Positions 16,112 through 25,281 of a DNA stretch of 32,000 nt are shown here, piece after piece (position 1 is the stretch's first letter; every line of letters starts with the position of its first letter). A program made the translations under genes and the position numbers. The notes below the pieces were generated by a model, which saw nothing but the letters and a program-made list of their open reading frames with translations, did no database searches and was not told where the DNA came from. This DNA is from an uncultured Muribaculaceae bacterium (GTDB lineage Bacteria; Bacteroidota; Bacteroidia; Bacteroidales; UBA932): positions 151,411 through 183,410 of the forward strand of contig CAZULV010000001.1 of assembly GCA_964621625.1 (NCBI GenBank), in the 5' to 3' direction.

Positions 16112-17380
16112 ATGAATAAAATAAAAATTGCCGTTTATTCTGTAATCTGCATGTTTGTTGTATCTTGCAGTTCTTCATCTGAAAAAGATTGTGATACAGA
16201 GTGTTATAATGAAACCACACAGGAATTGGTATCATTGGTAAACAGTAATGCCCGTATTAAATCCCTTCTTGAAGCCGCCATTGCAAAAGGTGTGGAGATA
16301 AATCCCGATAAGGCAACCAATCCGGTGCAGTCGTTAAAAGAGTATTATGATTTTGTAGATCGCTCGCAACGCGAAATGCCATGGAATATCATTACAACTA
16401 CAAGTTTGAATTCTATATTCGGTCGAATGTATCAGGCTCTGTGTTATTGTTATTTCATAAATTGTATGCCTCTCGATGAACTCAACGGTGAGAATTTCTT
16501 TACATCATCTATACAATATGTAGAACCATACAATAAATGGCTTGTGAAATATTGCAAATCGTGGGGAGATTACCTTTCATCTTCGGAGTCGTGGAACGAG
16601 CAGTACGAACAGCTGATGATGCAGCAGGAGGAGTTGGGCATGACTAAAGGCTGGTACGAAGATGCCTCAAACTGGCACTCTTTCAATGAGTTTTTTGCGC
16701 GTCGTCTTGCCTCTCCGGAGCAACGTCCTGTAGCCTTTCCTAACGATGATTCGATAGTAGTATCGCCTGCAGACTCAGAGCCTCAGGGAATCTGGGATAT
16801 TGATGAAAATTCATACATTGTGAGCGAAGGTAAAATTCAGGTTAAGTCTCGTATCTTTGACTCTATAGCACAACTTATCGGGCCTGACAGTCCATATAAA
16901 AATTCTTTTGCCGGAGGTAAGTTTTATCACGCGTTCTTAAATGCCAATGATTATCACAGATATCACTTCCCGCTTGATGGAATCATAAGAGAGTTGCGTG
17001 TAATTCCGGGTGAAGATGCTCTTGGAGGTTCTGTTATATGGGATGCCGAATTAGGTCACTATGTTGTAGATAACACTGCACCGGGTTGGCAGAGTATAGA
17101 AACCAGAGGCCTTGCCATAATAGAGACAGAGCAATACGGCTTTGTTGCAGTTATGCCAATTGGAATGTCGCAGGTTTCGTCTATCAACTTCTCCGAGGGA
17201 TTAAAAGTGGGAGATAAAGTAAAGAAAGGTGACGAACTCGGCTACTTCCTGTTTGGTGGTTCAGATTTTGTTCTTGTATTCCAAAAAGAGGCAGGTTTTG
17301 AGCTTACATCACCACGTAATGGCAATGCTTGGGAGCATATCCTTATGGGTGAGCAGCTTGGTACATTAGCAAAGAAGTAA
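16112..17380 (+). CDS. Phosphatidylserine-decarboxylase-family (pyruvoyl-type) protein, long PsiD-like form, predicted lipoprotein
   Basis: 422-aa ORF with a lipoprotein signal MNKIKIAVYSVICMFVVSC (Cys19). PSD-family motifs: 'FNEFFARRL', 'VVSPADS', 'FLNANDYHRYHFPLDG', and C-terminal 'GDELGYFLFGGSDFVLVF' with the processing-site Ser384 (nt 17261-17263). About 190 aa of N-terminal extension are not found in short bacterial Psd. Confidence 0.8.
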   Translation: MNKIKIAVYSVICMFVVSCSSSSEKDCDTECYNETTQELVSLVNSNARIKSLLEAAIAKGVEINPDKATNPVQSLKEYYDFVDRSQREMPWNIITTTSLNSIFGRMYQALCYCYFINCMPLDELNGENFFTSSIQYVEPYNKWLVKYCKSWGDYLSSSESWNEQYEQLMMQQEELGMTKGWYEDASNWHSFNEFFARRLASPEQRPVAFPNDDSIVVSPADSEPQGIWDIDENSYIVSEGKIQVKSRIFDSIAQLIGPDSPYKNSFAGGKFYHAFLNANDYHRYHFPLDGIIRELRVIPGEDALGGSVIWDAELGHYVVDNTAPGWQSIETRGLAIIETEQYGFVAVMPIGMSQVSSINFSEGLKVGDKVKKGDELGYFLFGGSDFVLVFQKEAGFELTSPRNGNAWEHILMGEQLGTLAKK

Positions 17381-17406
17381 TACAACGGTTAGAGATACTG
17401 TTTGGT

Positions 17407-18267
17407 TTACAGAATTTCTCCCCAATTTTTCCAACTAAAGAACGGAAAGTGCGGAGCATCCTGTTTTTCTATGGTAAAGTCCTGAGCATTGAATGAGAGC
17501 CTGTTGTTCCTATCTATTCCCATTTCGTATTCGCTCCAGAAGCGTTCTTGATTATTGGCCGGAATAACAGTATCATTGTTGCAGATTATTATTTTGTTCC
17601 AGAAAAGGGAATTACAGAAAGTGTAATTCTCTTTTATTGCAACAAGTTCGTTATAAACATCTTCGAGCCCTCGATGCGGGGCAACCTCCTTATATTTGAG
17701 GAGTAGTTCCTCGTTGTGGGCCAATATATTGCCGTTGTATTTATTTATACAGGCAGATGTGTTGTAGGTATATATGTTTGCATTTACCTCTTTGCCCAAT
17801 GTAGCTAATGTATTGTTGAATACCTCTTGCGGCATTCCCCAGATATTGCTTACAGGGCATAGAGTGCCGTTAATTGCAACCGTCTTGCTTATTTTCTTTA
17901 ACAGCCTAAATGTTCTGAAACGGCTTTTTACCTCTAAGTGTCTCAGATACTTGTCAAAAATAAGAGCCGCAACCCACACTCCGTAACCAAAGGCCACTAC
18001 ATTTATACTGCTGTATCTCTTAAATGTGCGGTATATGGGGCAATTAGGGTGCATATCTGTTTCTGTGCAGTTTAGCGGAGAACAGAAACGCAGATTAAAA
18101 TTGGTATAGTTGTAAAGTATAATTATATCATATTCACATCCCGACAGATGTAAAAACGGCTTTTCGTCCATTCCCCAACCTGCAAAAAACAGAATGAGCC
18201 TGTTGCTGTGATTATTTATAGTCTTTATTTCCAAAACAGAGGTATTTATATACGTAAAGCATTGCAA
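17407..18267 (-). CDS. DUF452 / BioG-like alpha/beta-hydrolase-fold protein, nucleophile motif altered
   Basis: 286-aa ORF. 'LILFFAGWGMDEKPF', 'VVAFGYGVWVAA', 'AINGTLCP....GMP..VF..TL' and 'D.VIPANNQ..FW' parallel the BioG pattern as I recall it (LILYFAGWG / LVAWSMGVWVA / AVNGTGLP..FGIP..VF.GTL / D.IFTPANQ..YW). The start is TTG 18267, and the first in-frame ATG is at codon 33, so the N-terminus is uncertain. Confidence 0.7.
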   Translation of the reverse strand: MQCFTYINTSVLEIKTINNHSNRLILFFAGWGMDEKPFLHLSGCEYDIIILYNYTNFNLRFCSPLNCTETDMHPNCPIYRTFKRYSSINVVAFGYGVWVAALIFDKYLRHLEVKSRFRTFRLLKKISKTVAINGTLCPVSNIWGMPQEVFNNTLATLGKEVNANIYTYNTSACINKYNGNILAHNEELLLKYKEVAPHRGLEDVYNELVAIKENYTFCNSLFWNKIIICNNDTVIPANNQERFWSEYEMGIDRNNRLSFNAQDFTIEKQDAPHFPFFSWKNWGEIL

Positions 18268-18487
18268 AAATAGTGATATTATCCAAAAAAACTATGTGCG
18301 AAATATGATGGTTGAATATAAAAATTAACGAATCGGAATGGCTTTGTTGCCAAAGGAACGCATTATACGGAGTTTGGGATTTATGCGGTTGTATGTAAAA
18401 AATTACATGAAACGGCTTTAAAATATCGTATGATTTTTTTCATTGCATTTATTTGCGTATTTTCGCGCGATATTTAGAAAGAATCGT

Positions 18488-19573
18488 ATGAGTGAAAATA
18501 GCCTATTGACTAAAATAGAGGGTCTGCATGCTAAGTTTGCAGCTATTCAGGAGCAGATTTCCGATCCGTCTGTAATGAACGACATGAAAAAATATGTGCA
18601 GCTCAACAAGGAATACAAGGAGCTTGCTCCAATTCTTGAAGCCGGAGACAAATACCGCAGAATGGTAGAGGATTATGATGCTGCCAAGGATATTCTCCAG
18701 AATGAAAAAGATGAGGAGTTGAGGGAGATGGCAAAAGAGGAGGCTGCTGCATTAGAAGAGGAGTTGCCTCAAATGGAAGAGAAAATAAAGCTGCTTCTTA
18801 TTCCGGCCGACCCGCAGGATGCAAAGAATGCCATTATAGAGATACGTGGAGGAGCTGGAGGAGACGAAGCCTCTATTTTTGCCGGAGACCTCTTTAGAAT
18901 GTATGCCAAGTATATAGAGAAAAGAGGCTGGAAACTTGAGATAAACAGCCAAAGTGAAGGCTCGTCGGGCGGATTTAAAGAGATAATATGCAAGGTTAGC
19001 GGTGACGGAGTTTACGGAGTGCTCAAGTATGAGAGCGGTGTACACCGTGTGCAGCGTGTGCCGCAGACCGAGACACAAGGACGCGTACATACTTCGGCCG
19101 CATCTGTTGCGGTATTGCCCGAAGCCGATGAATTTGACGTGGAACTTAACGAAAAAGATATAAGAAAGGATACTTTCTGTTCTTCGGGTCCGGGCGGACA
19201 GTCTGTAAATACAACATATTCTGCAATACGTCTTACCCATATACCGAGCGGTATAGTAGTGCAGTGTCAGGATGAGAAGAGCCAGTTAAAGAACTACGAC
19301 AAGGCATTGCAGGAGTTGAGGACCCGTCTGTACAACATGGAATATGAAAAATATCTGAATGAAATTTCTGCCAAAAGAAAGACAATGGTCTCTACAGGAG
19401 ACCGTTCTGCCAAGATTCGTACATATAACTATCCGCAGAGCCGTGTTACCGACCATAGGATAAACTGGACAATGTACAACCTTCCTGTGTTTATGGATGG
19501 TGAGATTCAGGAAGTTATAGACCAGTTGCAGATTGCGGAGAATGCAGAGAGACTTAAAGAAAGCGAGCAATAG
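18488..19573 (+). CDS. prfA: Peptide chain release factor 1
   Basis: '[23 protein letters not shown]', the RF1-type tripeptide in '[17 protein letters not shown]' (PxT class), and '[12 protein letters not shown]' (GGQ). I prefer ATG 18488 (MSENSLL..) over the upstream TTG 18443 in the ORF track. Confidence 0.95.
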   Translation: MSENSLLTKIEGLHAKFAAIQEQISDPSVMNDMKKYVQLNKEYKELAPILEAGDKYRRMVEDYDAAKDILQNEKDEELREMAKEEAAALEEELPQMEEKIKLLLIPADPQDAKNAIIEIRGGAGGDEASIFAGDLFRMYAKYIEKRGWKLEINSQSEGSSGGFKEIICKVSGDGVYGVLKYESGVHRVQRVPQTETQGRVHTSAASVAVLPEADEFDVELNEKDIRKDTFCSSGPGGQSVNTTYSAIRLTHIPSGIVVQCQDEKSQLKNYDKALQELRTRLYNMEYEKYLNEISAKRKTMVSTGDRSAKIRTYNYPQSRVTDHRINWTMYNLPVFMDGEIQEVIDQLQIAENAERLKESEQ

Positions 19574-19600
19574 TCTTTGGATACAGATTGTTTTAGTTAT

Positions 19601-19637
19601 ATACCCTCGAAAGTGAATGAAACTTCGGGGGTATTTT
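19601..19637 (+). terminator. Rho-independent terminator after prfA
   Basis: ATACCC.CGAA (19601-19611) pairs with TTCG.GGGTAT (19624-19633), with an internal bulge. It is followed by TTTT and lies about 28 nt after the prfA stop. Confidence 0.6.
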
Positions 19638-19715
19638 ATAAACGGATTATTAAACCTTAATATGTTTATAAAGTCTTATTAGAGATATAGTGTTGTAATT
19701 TGAACTTAACTTGAT

Positions 19716-20801
19716 ATGAATAAAAAACTTAAATGGGGATTGGTAGCACTGATTCTCTTGTCTTTGACCGTCTGGGGAATATATTCTCAATTCCCTGCAC
19801 CAAATAAAGAGCTTGCAGCAGCAGATAATGTGGTTAAAAGCAGTAAAGGTGAAAGGAGTAATATCCTTAATGTTAATGCTATTGTTGTAAAACCGCAGAT
19901 GCTGTCGGACGAAATATTTATAAATGGTAATATTCTTCCCGATGAAGAGGTTGATTTGTCATTTGAAACATCTGGAAAAATAGTTGAAATAAATTTTAAA
20001 GAGGGCTCTTTTGTTAAGAAGGGTGAGTTGTTGGCAAAGGTGAACGACCGTCCGTTGCAGGCCCAGTTGAGTAAGCTCACATCTCAGGTAAAGTTGGCAG
20101 AAGACAGAGTTTACAGGCAGAGTTCTCTTTTGAAGAAAGATGCGGTAAGCCAAGAGGCGTATGAGCAGGTAAAAACAGACCTTGCCACTCTTAATGCCGA
20201 TATAGAGCTGGTTAAGGCAAATATAGAGCAGACAGAATTGCGCGCTCCGTTTGACGGTGTAATAGGTCTTAGAGGGGTGAGCGTGGGTAGTTATGCATCA
20301 CCATCTGTTATTGTTGCAAAATTGGCAAAAATATCGCCCGTAAAGGTTGAGTTTTCTGTTCCTGAGCAGTATGCTTCCGATATTCAGGCAGGTTATAATG
20401 TGCAGTTTTCCCTTACCGGTGAACTCGAAAAATTTAAGGCAAAGGTCTATGCCAAAGAGGCAATGATAGATCCTGTTACACATACTTTAACTGTAAGGGC
20501 TTTGTATGAAAACAGCAAGGGCGAGCCTTTGGCCGGACGATATGCCTCGGTTACTTTGGAGAAAAAGAGGATAGACAATGCCATTGTTGTGCCTTCTGAG
20601 GCAATTGTTCCTGAAATGGGTGTAGATAAACTGTTTTTATACAAAGGCGGCAAGGCGCAACCGGTTGAGGTTGTAACAGGAGTGAGAACAGACGGTGAGG
20701 TTCAGATTGTAAAGGGACTGAGCAAGGGGGATACAGTTATAGTTTCCGGTACTTTGCAGTTACGTATGGGATTGCCTGTAATGTTGGATAATATAGATTA
20801 G
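19716..20801 (+). CDS. Efflux RND transporter periplasmic adaptor subunit
   Basis: 361-aa ORF with an N-terminal anchor (WGLVALILLSLTVWGIY). The HlyD_D23-type pattern is 'LSFETSGKIVEINFKEGSFVKKGELLAKV', a coiled coil, 'TELRAPFDGVIG', and C-terminal 'GDTVIVSG'. Confidence 0.92.
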   Translation: MNKKLKWGLVALILLSLTVWGIYSQFPAPNKELAAADNVVKSSKGERSNILNVNAIVVKPQMLSDEIFINGNILPDEEVDLSFETSGKIVEINFKEGSFVKKGELLAKVNDRPLQAQLSKLTSQVKLAEDRVYRQSSLLKKDAVSQEAYEQVKTDLATLNADIELVKANIEQTELRAPFDGVIGLRGVSVGSYASPSVIVAKLAKISPVKVEFSVPEQYASDIQAGYNVQFSLTGELEKFKAKVYAKEAMIDPVTHTLTVRALYENSKGEPLAGRYASVTLEKKRIDNAIVVPSEAIVPEMGVDKLFLYKGGKAQPVEVVTGVRTDGEVQIVKGLSKGDTVIVSGTLQLRMGLPVMLDNID

Positions 20802-20809
20802 TCTGCCGT

Positions 20810-23800
20810 ATGAATATTTCTGAATTAAGTATACGCCGCCCGGTACTTTCTACGGTACTCACGCTTATAATACTGCTATTTGGTTTTATAGGCTATACAT
20901 ATTTGGGAGTAAGGGAGTATCCGTCGGTAGATAATCCTATAATTTCTGTGCAGTGTACCTATTCCGGAGCAAATGCCGATGTTATAGAGAACCAGATTAC
21001 CGAGCCTTTGGAGCAGAATATCAACGGTATTCCGGGAATACGCTCTCTTTCGAGCGTGAGCCAGCAGGGCTCTTGCCGCATTACGGTAGAATTTGAACTT
21101 TCTGTAGATTTGGAAACAGCAGCCAATGACGTGCGTGATAAAGTTTCCCGTGCGCAGCGTTATCTGCCAAGAGATTGTGACCCGCCTATAGTCTCAAAAG
21201 CCGATGCCGATGCCATGCCTATACTTATGGTGGCTTTGCAGAGTGATAAACGTTCTTTGCTGGAACTTAGTGAGATAGCGGATCTTACAGTAAAGGAACA
21301 GTTGCAGACCATTGCAGATGTGAGCAGCGTGAGTATTTGGGGTGAGAAGAAATACTCCATGCGTCTGTGGTTAGACCCGGTAAAGATGTCGGGTTACGGC
21401 ATTACTCCTATAGATATTAAAAATGCGGTAGATAATGAGAATGTAGAACTTCCGTCGGGAAGTATAGAGGGAAATACAACAGAACTCACTATTCGCACTT
21501 TGGGACTTATGCACACTGCACAGCAGTTTAACGATTTGATAATAAAAGAATCAGAAGGCAAGATTGTGAGATTTAGCGATGTGGGGCGTGCAGAACTTGG
21601 ACCGGCCGACATAAAGAGCTATATGAAAATGAACGGAGTTCCTATGGTTGGAATTGTTGTTGTGCCGCAACCAGGTGCAAATCATATAGATATTGCCGAT
21701 GCTGTATACGACAGGATGGAGCGTATGAAGAAGGATTTGCCCGAAGATGTTACATATTCATACGGTTTTGATAATACGAAGTTTATCAGAGCCTCTATAG
21801 CAGAGGTGGAGGAGACGGTATATGTAGCCTTTATTTTAGTGATTATAATAATATTCCTGTTCCTTAGAGACTGGAGGGTAACCCTTGTGCCGTGTATTGT
21901 AATTCCGGTTTCACTTATAGGAGCGTTCTTTATAATGTATGTGGCAGGTTTCTCTATAAATGTACTCTCCATGCTTGCAGTAGTGCTTGCCGTGGGATTG
22001 GTTGTAGATGACGCCATTGTTATGACAGAGAATATTTATGTGCGTATAGAAAAGGGAATGGAGCCAAAACAGGCCGGTATTGAGGGCTCTAAAGAGATTT
22101 TCTTTGCGGTAATCTCTACTACGGTTACATTGGTTGCGGTATTCTTTCCTATAGTGTTTATGGAGGGAACAACCGGACGACTTTTTAGAGAGTTCAGCAT
22201 TGTGGTATCCGGCTCTGTTATAATCTCCTCTTTTGCAGCACTTACGTTTACCCCTATGCTCGCAACCAAATTATTGGTGAGGAGAGAAAAACGCAATTGG
22301 TTCTACGAAAAGACCGAGCCGTTTTTTATAGGAATGAACAACTGGTACAGCCGTTCTTTGGAGCATTGCTTAAAATTCAGATGGGTTGCAGTTCCATTTG
22401 TGCTTGCAACTGTTGGACTTATAGTGTATTTGTGGAATACCATTCCGGCAGAGACTGCGCCGCTCGAAGACCGTTCGCAGATTAATATACGTACAAGCGG
22501 TGCGGAGGGTATAACATACGAGTATATAAGGGATTATACAGAGGATATAAACAGGTTGGTGGATTCGTTGGTTCCTGATGCAAAGGCTGTTACTGCAAGG
22601 GTTTCGAGTGGAAACGGAAACCTGAGTGTTATTCTAAAAGATATACGCGAGAGGGATTATACACAAATGGAGGTTGCAGAGAAACTCTCGCAGGCCATAC
22701 GCAAAAAGACAAAGGCCCGTTCGTTTGTGCAGCAGTCTTCCTCTTTTGGAGGCCGACGTGGCGGAATGCCTGTGCAGTATGTATTGCAGACAACAAGTCT
22801 CGACAAATTGCAGGAGGTGTTGCCTGTATTCCTTACCAAGGTTTATGAAAATCCCGTATTCCAAATGGCCGATGTTGATCTTAAATTCAGCAAACCTGAG
22901 GTGAGAATTGAGATAAACAGAGATAAGGCCAATATTATGGGAGTGAGTACCAAAAATATAGCCCAAGTGCTGCAATACGGCTTGAGCGGACAGCGTATGG
23001 GGTATTTTTATATGAACGGAAAGCAGTATGAGATTTTGGGCGAGATAAACAGGCAGCAGCGCAACAAACCGGCAGATTTAAAATCTATCTATATACGGAC
23101 AGATAACGGAAATATGGTGCAAATGGATAATCTCGTAGATTTGGTTGGCGGAATAGCCCCTCCAAAGTTGTACAGATATAACCGTTTTGTTTCGGCAACT
23201 GTATCGGCCGGTCTGGCAAAAGGTAAGACAATAGGGCAGGGGTTGGATGAGATGGACAAGATTGCCAAAGAGGTTCTGGATGATTCCTTTAGAACAGCAC
23301 TGTCGGGTGAGTCAAAGGAGTATAGGGAGAGTTCTTCGAGCCTGATGTTTGCATTTATATTAGCCATAGTGCTTATTTATCTTATACTTGCGGCTCAGTT
23401 CGAGAGTTTTAAAGACCCGGTAATAATTATGCTCACAGTGCCGCTGGCTGTTGCAGGTGCTCTTGTATTTATGCACTTTGGCGGAGTTACAATGAATATT
23501 TTCAGTCAGATAGGAATAATAATGCTTATTGGACTTGTTGCCAAAAACGGTATTCTTATAGTTGAATTTGCCAATCAGAAGCAGGAGACAGGTATGGGCA
23601 AGATGCAGGCCATAAAGGAGGCCGCGTTGCAGCGTCTGCGTCCTATACTTATGACAAGTACTTCTACCATTTTGGGACTTTTGCCTTTGGCTTATGCCTC
23701 GGGCGAGGGGGCAAACCAGCGTATAGCAATGGGCGTTACAGTTGTTGGAGGAATGCTTGTATCTACGCTTCTTACAATGTATGTAGTGCCGGCCATTTAC

Positions 23801-23857
23801 AGCTATATCTCTACCGACAGGGCTTTGACGCAGAATAACCATGAGCAGACTGTATAA
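20810..23857 (+). CDS. Efflux RND transporter permease subunit (AcrB family)
   Basis: 1015-aa ORF. The canonical opening is 'LSIRRPVLSTVLTLIILLFG'. TM4 reads 'GLVVDDAIVMTENI' and TM10 reads 'GLVAKNGILIVEFAN'. The gene order adaptor-pump-OMF matches bmeABC-type operons. Confidence 0.96.
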   Translation: MNISELSIRRPVLSTVLTLIILLFGFIGYTYLGVREYPSVDNPIISVQCTYSGANADVIENQITEPLEQNINGIPGIRSLSSVSQQGSCRITVEFELSVDLETAANDVRDKVSRAQRYLPRDCDPPIVSKADADAMPILMVALQSDKRSLLELSEIADLTVKEQLQTIADVSSVSIWGEKKYSMRLWLDPVKMSGYGITPIDIKNAVDNENVELPSGSIEGNTTELTIRTLGLMHTAQQFNDLIIKESEGKIVRFSDVGRAELGPADIKSYMKMNGVPMVGIVVVPQPGANHIDIADAVYDRMERMKKDLPEDVTYSYGFDNTKFIRASIAEVEETVYVAFILVIIIIFLFLRDWRVTLVPCIVIPVSLIGAFFIMYVAGFSINVLSMLAVVLAVGLVVDDAIVMTENIYVRIEKGMEPKQAGIEGSKEIFFAVISTTVTLVAVFFPIVFMEGTTGRLFREFSIVVSGSVIISSFAALTFTPMLATKLLVRREKRNWFYEKTEPFFIGMNNWYSRSLEHCLKFRWVAVPFVLATVGLIVYLWNTIPAETAPLEDRSQINIRTSGAEGITYEYIRDYTEDINRLVDSLVPDAKAVTARVSSGNGNLSVILKDIRERDYTQMEVAEKLSQAIRKKTKARSFVQQSSSFGGRRGGMPVQYVLQTTSLDKLQEVLPVFLTKVYENPVFQMADVDLKFSKPEVRIEINRDKANIMGVSTKNIAQVLQYGLSGQRMGYFYMNGKQYEILGEINRQQRNKPADLKSIYIRTDNGNMVQMDNLVDLVGGIAPPKLYRYNRFVSATVSAGLAKGKTIGQGLDEMDKIAKEVLDDSFRTALSGESKEYRESSSSLMFAFILAIVLIYLILAAQFESFKDPVIIMLTVPLAVAGALVFMHFGGVTMNIFSQIGIIMLIGLVAKNGILIVEFANQKQETGMGKMQAIKEAALQRLRPILMTSTSTILGLLPLAYASGEGANQRIAMGVTVVGGMLVSTLLTMYVVPAIYSYISTDRALTQNNHEQTV

Positions 23858-23898
23858 TTGCGGATATTAATATAACTTTTACCAACTCAGAAACAGAT

Positions 23899-25266
23899 AT
23901 GTACAGACAATATAAAACACCGGCATCACGCAAATTTATAGTAAGTGTAATTATGAGCGGGGCTATGCTGTTTGCAGGCAATGTTTTTAAGGCATATGCA
24001 CAAGATAGGGTATATACTTTGCGCGAGTGCCTGAATGAGGGTATAAATAATAATTATTCTCTTAAAATAGAGCAGAATAACCAGATTATTACAGATAATA
24101 ACGCTTCTTGGGGAAACGCCGGATTCCTTCCCTCATTAGATGCTTCGGCCTCTTACAGCGGAAATGCAGATGATACAGAGACCAAATTGAGGGCAGACCG
24201 TTCTGTTATAGAGGAAAACGGCATTTTTAACCAGACGGTTGATGCGGGTCTTAAATTGAACTGGACTATATTTGAGGGGTTCAGTATTAGAACAAACTAT
24301 AAAAAATTGCAGGAGATTCAGTCGCAGGGCGAACTTAACACACGTATTGCCCTTGAAAATCTTGTGGCGAATCTTACTGCCGAATATTATAATTACATAC
24401 AGCAGATAATAAGGCTCAAGAACTTTAAATATGCAGTTGCCCTCTCTAAAGAGAGATTGCGCATAGTGGAGCAGCGTTACAGAATAGGAAACTTTTCGGG
24501 CCTTGATTATCAGCAGGCTAAAGTTGATTTTAATGCCGATAGTTCTGATTATATGAAGCAGCAGGAGGCTTTGCAAACCTCTGCCATAAAGCTCAACGAG
24601 CTTATGGCCATGGAGCATTTGAATGCCCCGGTTGCAGTTGCCGATTCTGTGATTGCACTGGATAAGATACTCGATTCTCAGCGGCTTCTGAGTGAAATGA
24701 TGGCGAAAAACGCCACCTTGCTCTATGCCAAGAAAAACAGCAGTATAGCGCAATTGAATTATAAACAGACTGTTGCAAAGAGTTATCCATATCTGAGAAT
24801 GAATGCCGGATACGGTTATACCCTAAATAAGTACAATAAAGGTACAAATTATCATAGGGGCACTCTCGGACTCGATTTTGGCCTTACTGTTGGCGTGAAC
24901 ATATTTGATGGCAATATATTGCGCACTCAAAGACGCAATGCGAGAATAGAGGCCGATAATGTTCTTATAGAGCAGACCGATGTAGAACAGAGCCTTAAAG
25001 CCGATTTCTACAATTTGTGGCAGGCATACGAAAACAACCTCAGGATTCTTGGCCTGGAGCAGGAGAATCTTGTTGTGGCAAAAGAAAATTATGAAATTGC
25101 CATGGAGCGTTATATGCTTGGAGATCTCTCGGGTATAGAGATGCGCGAAGCACAGAAAAGCCTTTTAGATGCAGAAGAGCGTCTTCTCTCTGCCCGCTAC
25201 AATACAAAATTATGTGAAATATCACTGCTGCAGATAAGCGGAAACATTGCCGTGTATCTGCAGTAG
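23899..25266 (+). CDS. TolC-family outer-membrane efflux protein
   Basis: 455-aa ORF with a signal peptide (..NVFKAYAQD) and 'YTLRECLNEGINNNYSLK'. It has the duplicated OMF repeat structure and the C-terminal '..LLDAEERLLSARYN'. Confidence 0.9.
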   Translation: MYRQYKTPASRKFIVSVIMSGAMLFAGNVFKAYAQDRVYTLRECLNEGINNNYSLKIEQNNQIITDNNASWGNAGFLPSLDASASYSGNADDTETKLRADRSVIEENGIFNQTVDAGLKLNWTIFEGFSIRTNYKKLQEIQSQGELNTRIALENLVANLTAEYYNYIQQIIRLKNFKYAVALSKERLRIVEQRYRIGNFSGLDYQQAKVDFNADSSDYMKQQEALQTSAIKLNELMAMEHLNAPVAVADSVIALDKILDSQRLLSEMMAKNATLLYAKKNSSIAQLNYKQTVAKSYPYLRMNAGYGYTLNKYNKGTNYHRGTLGLDFGLTVGVNIFDGNILRTQRRNARIEADNVLIEQTDVEQSLKADFYNLWQAYENNLRILGLEQENLVVAKENYEIAMERYMLGDLSGIEMREAQKSLLDAEERLLSARYNTKLCEISLLQISGNIAVYLQ

Positions 25267-25281
25267 CGAAAGCAGATGATG

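Noticed and set aside
18393-18408. 16-bp palindrome ATGTAAAAAATTACAT in the DUF452-like / prfA divergent intergenic region
   Set aside because: It is short and almost pure A/T in an AT-rich spacer, so I cannot separate it from chance. I also found no exact TAnnTTTG box for either flanking gene here, so I make no promoter or operator claim.
18488-19573. Programmed +1 frameshift of the kind seen in release-factor genes
   Set aside because: That mechanism belongs to prfB (RF2). This gene is RF1 (PxT-type tripeptide, single uninterrupted frame).
24136-24753. 205-aa minus-strand ORF inside the second TolC gene
   Set aside because: It is antisense to a full-length TolC-family gene and has no recognisable motif. 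The same reasoning applies to the other antisense ORFs in the track: 872-1270, 1349-1837, 2039-2536, 14035-14447, 14989-15546, 18752-19240, 23360-23842 and the 26108-29253 set.
3-25266. The two RND operons as a segmental duplication or mobile cassette
   Set aside because: The components differ in length, anchoring, motifs and junction architecture. No flanking repeats or mobility genes are present. They look like old paralogs.
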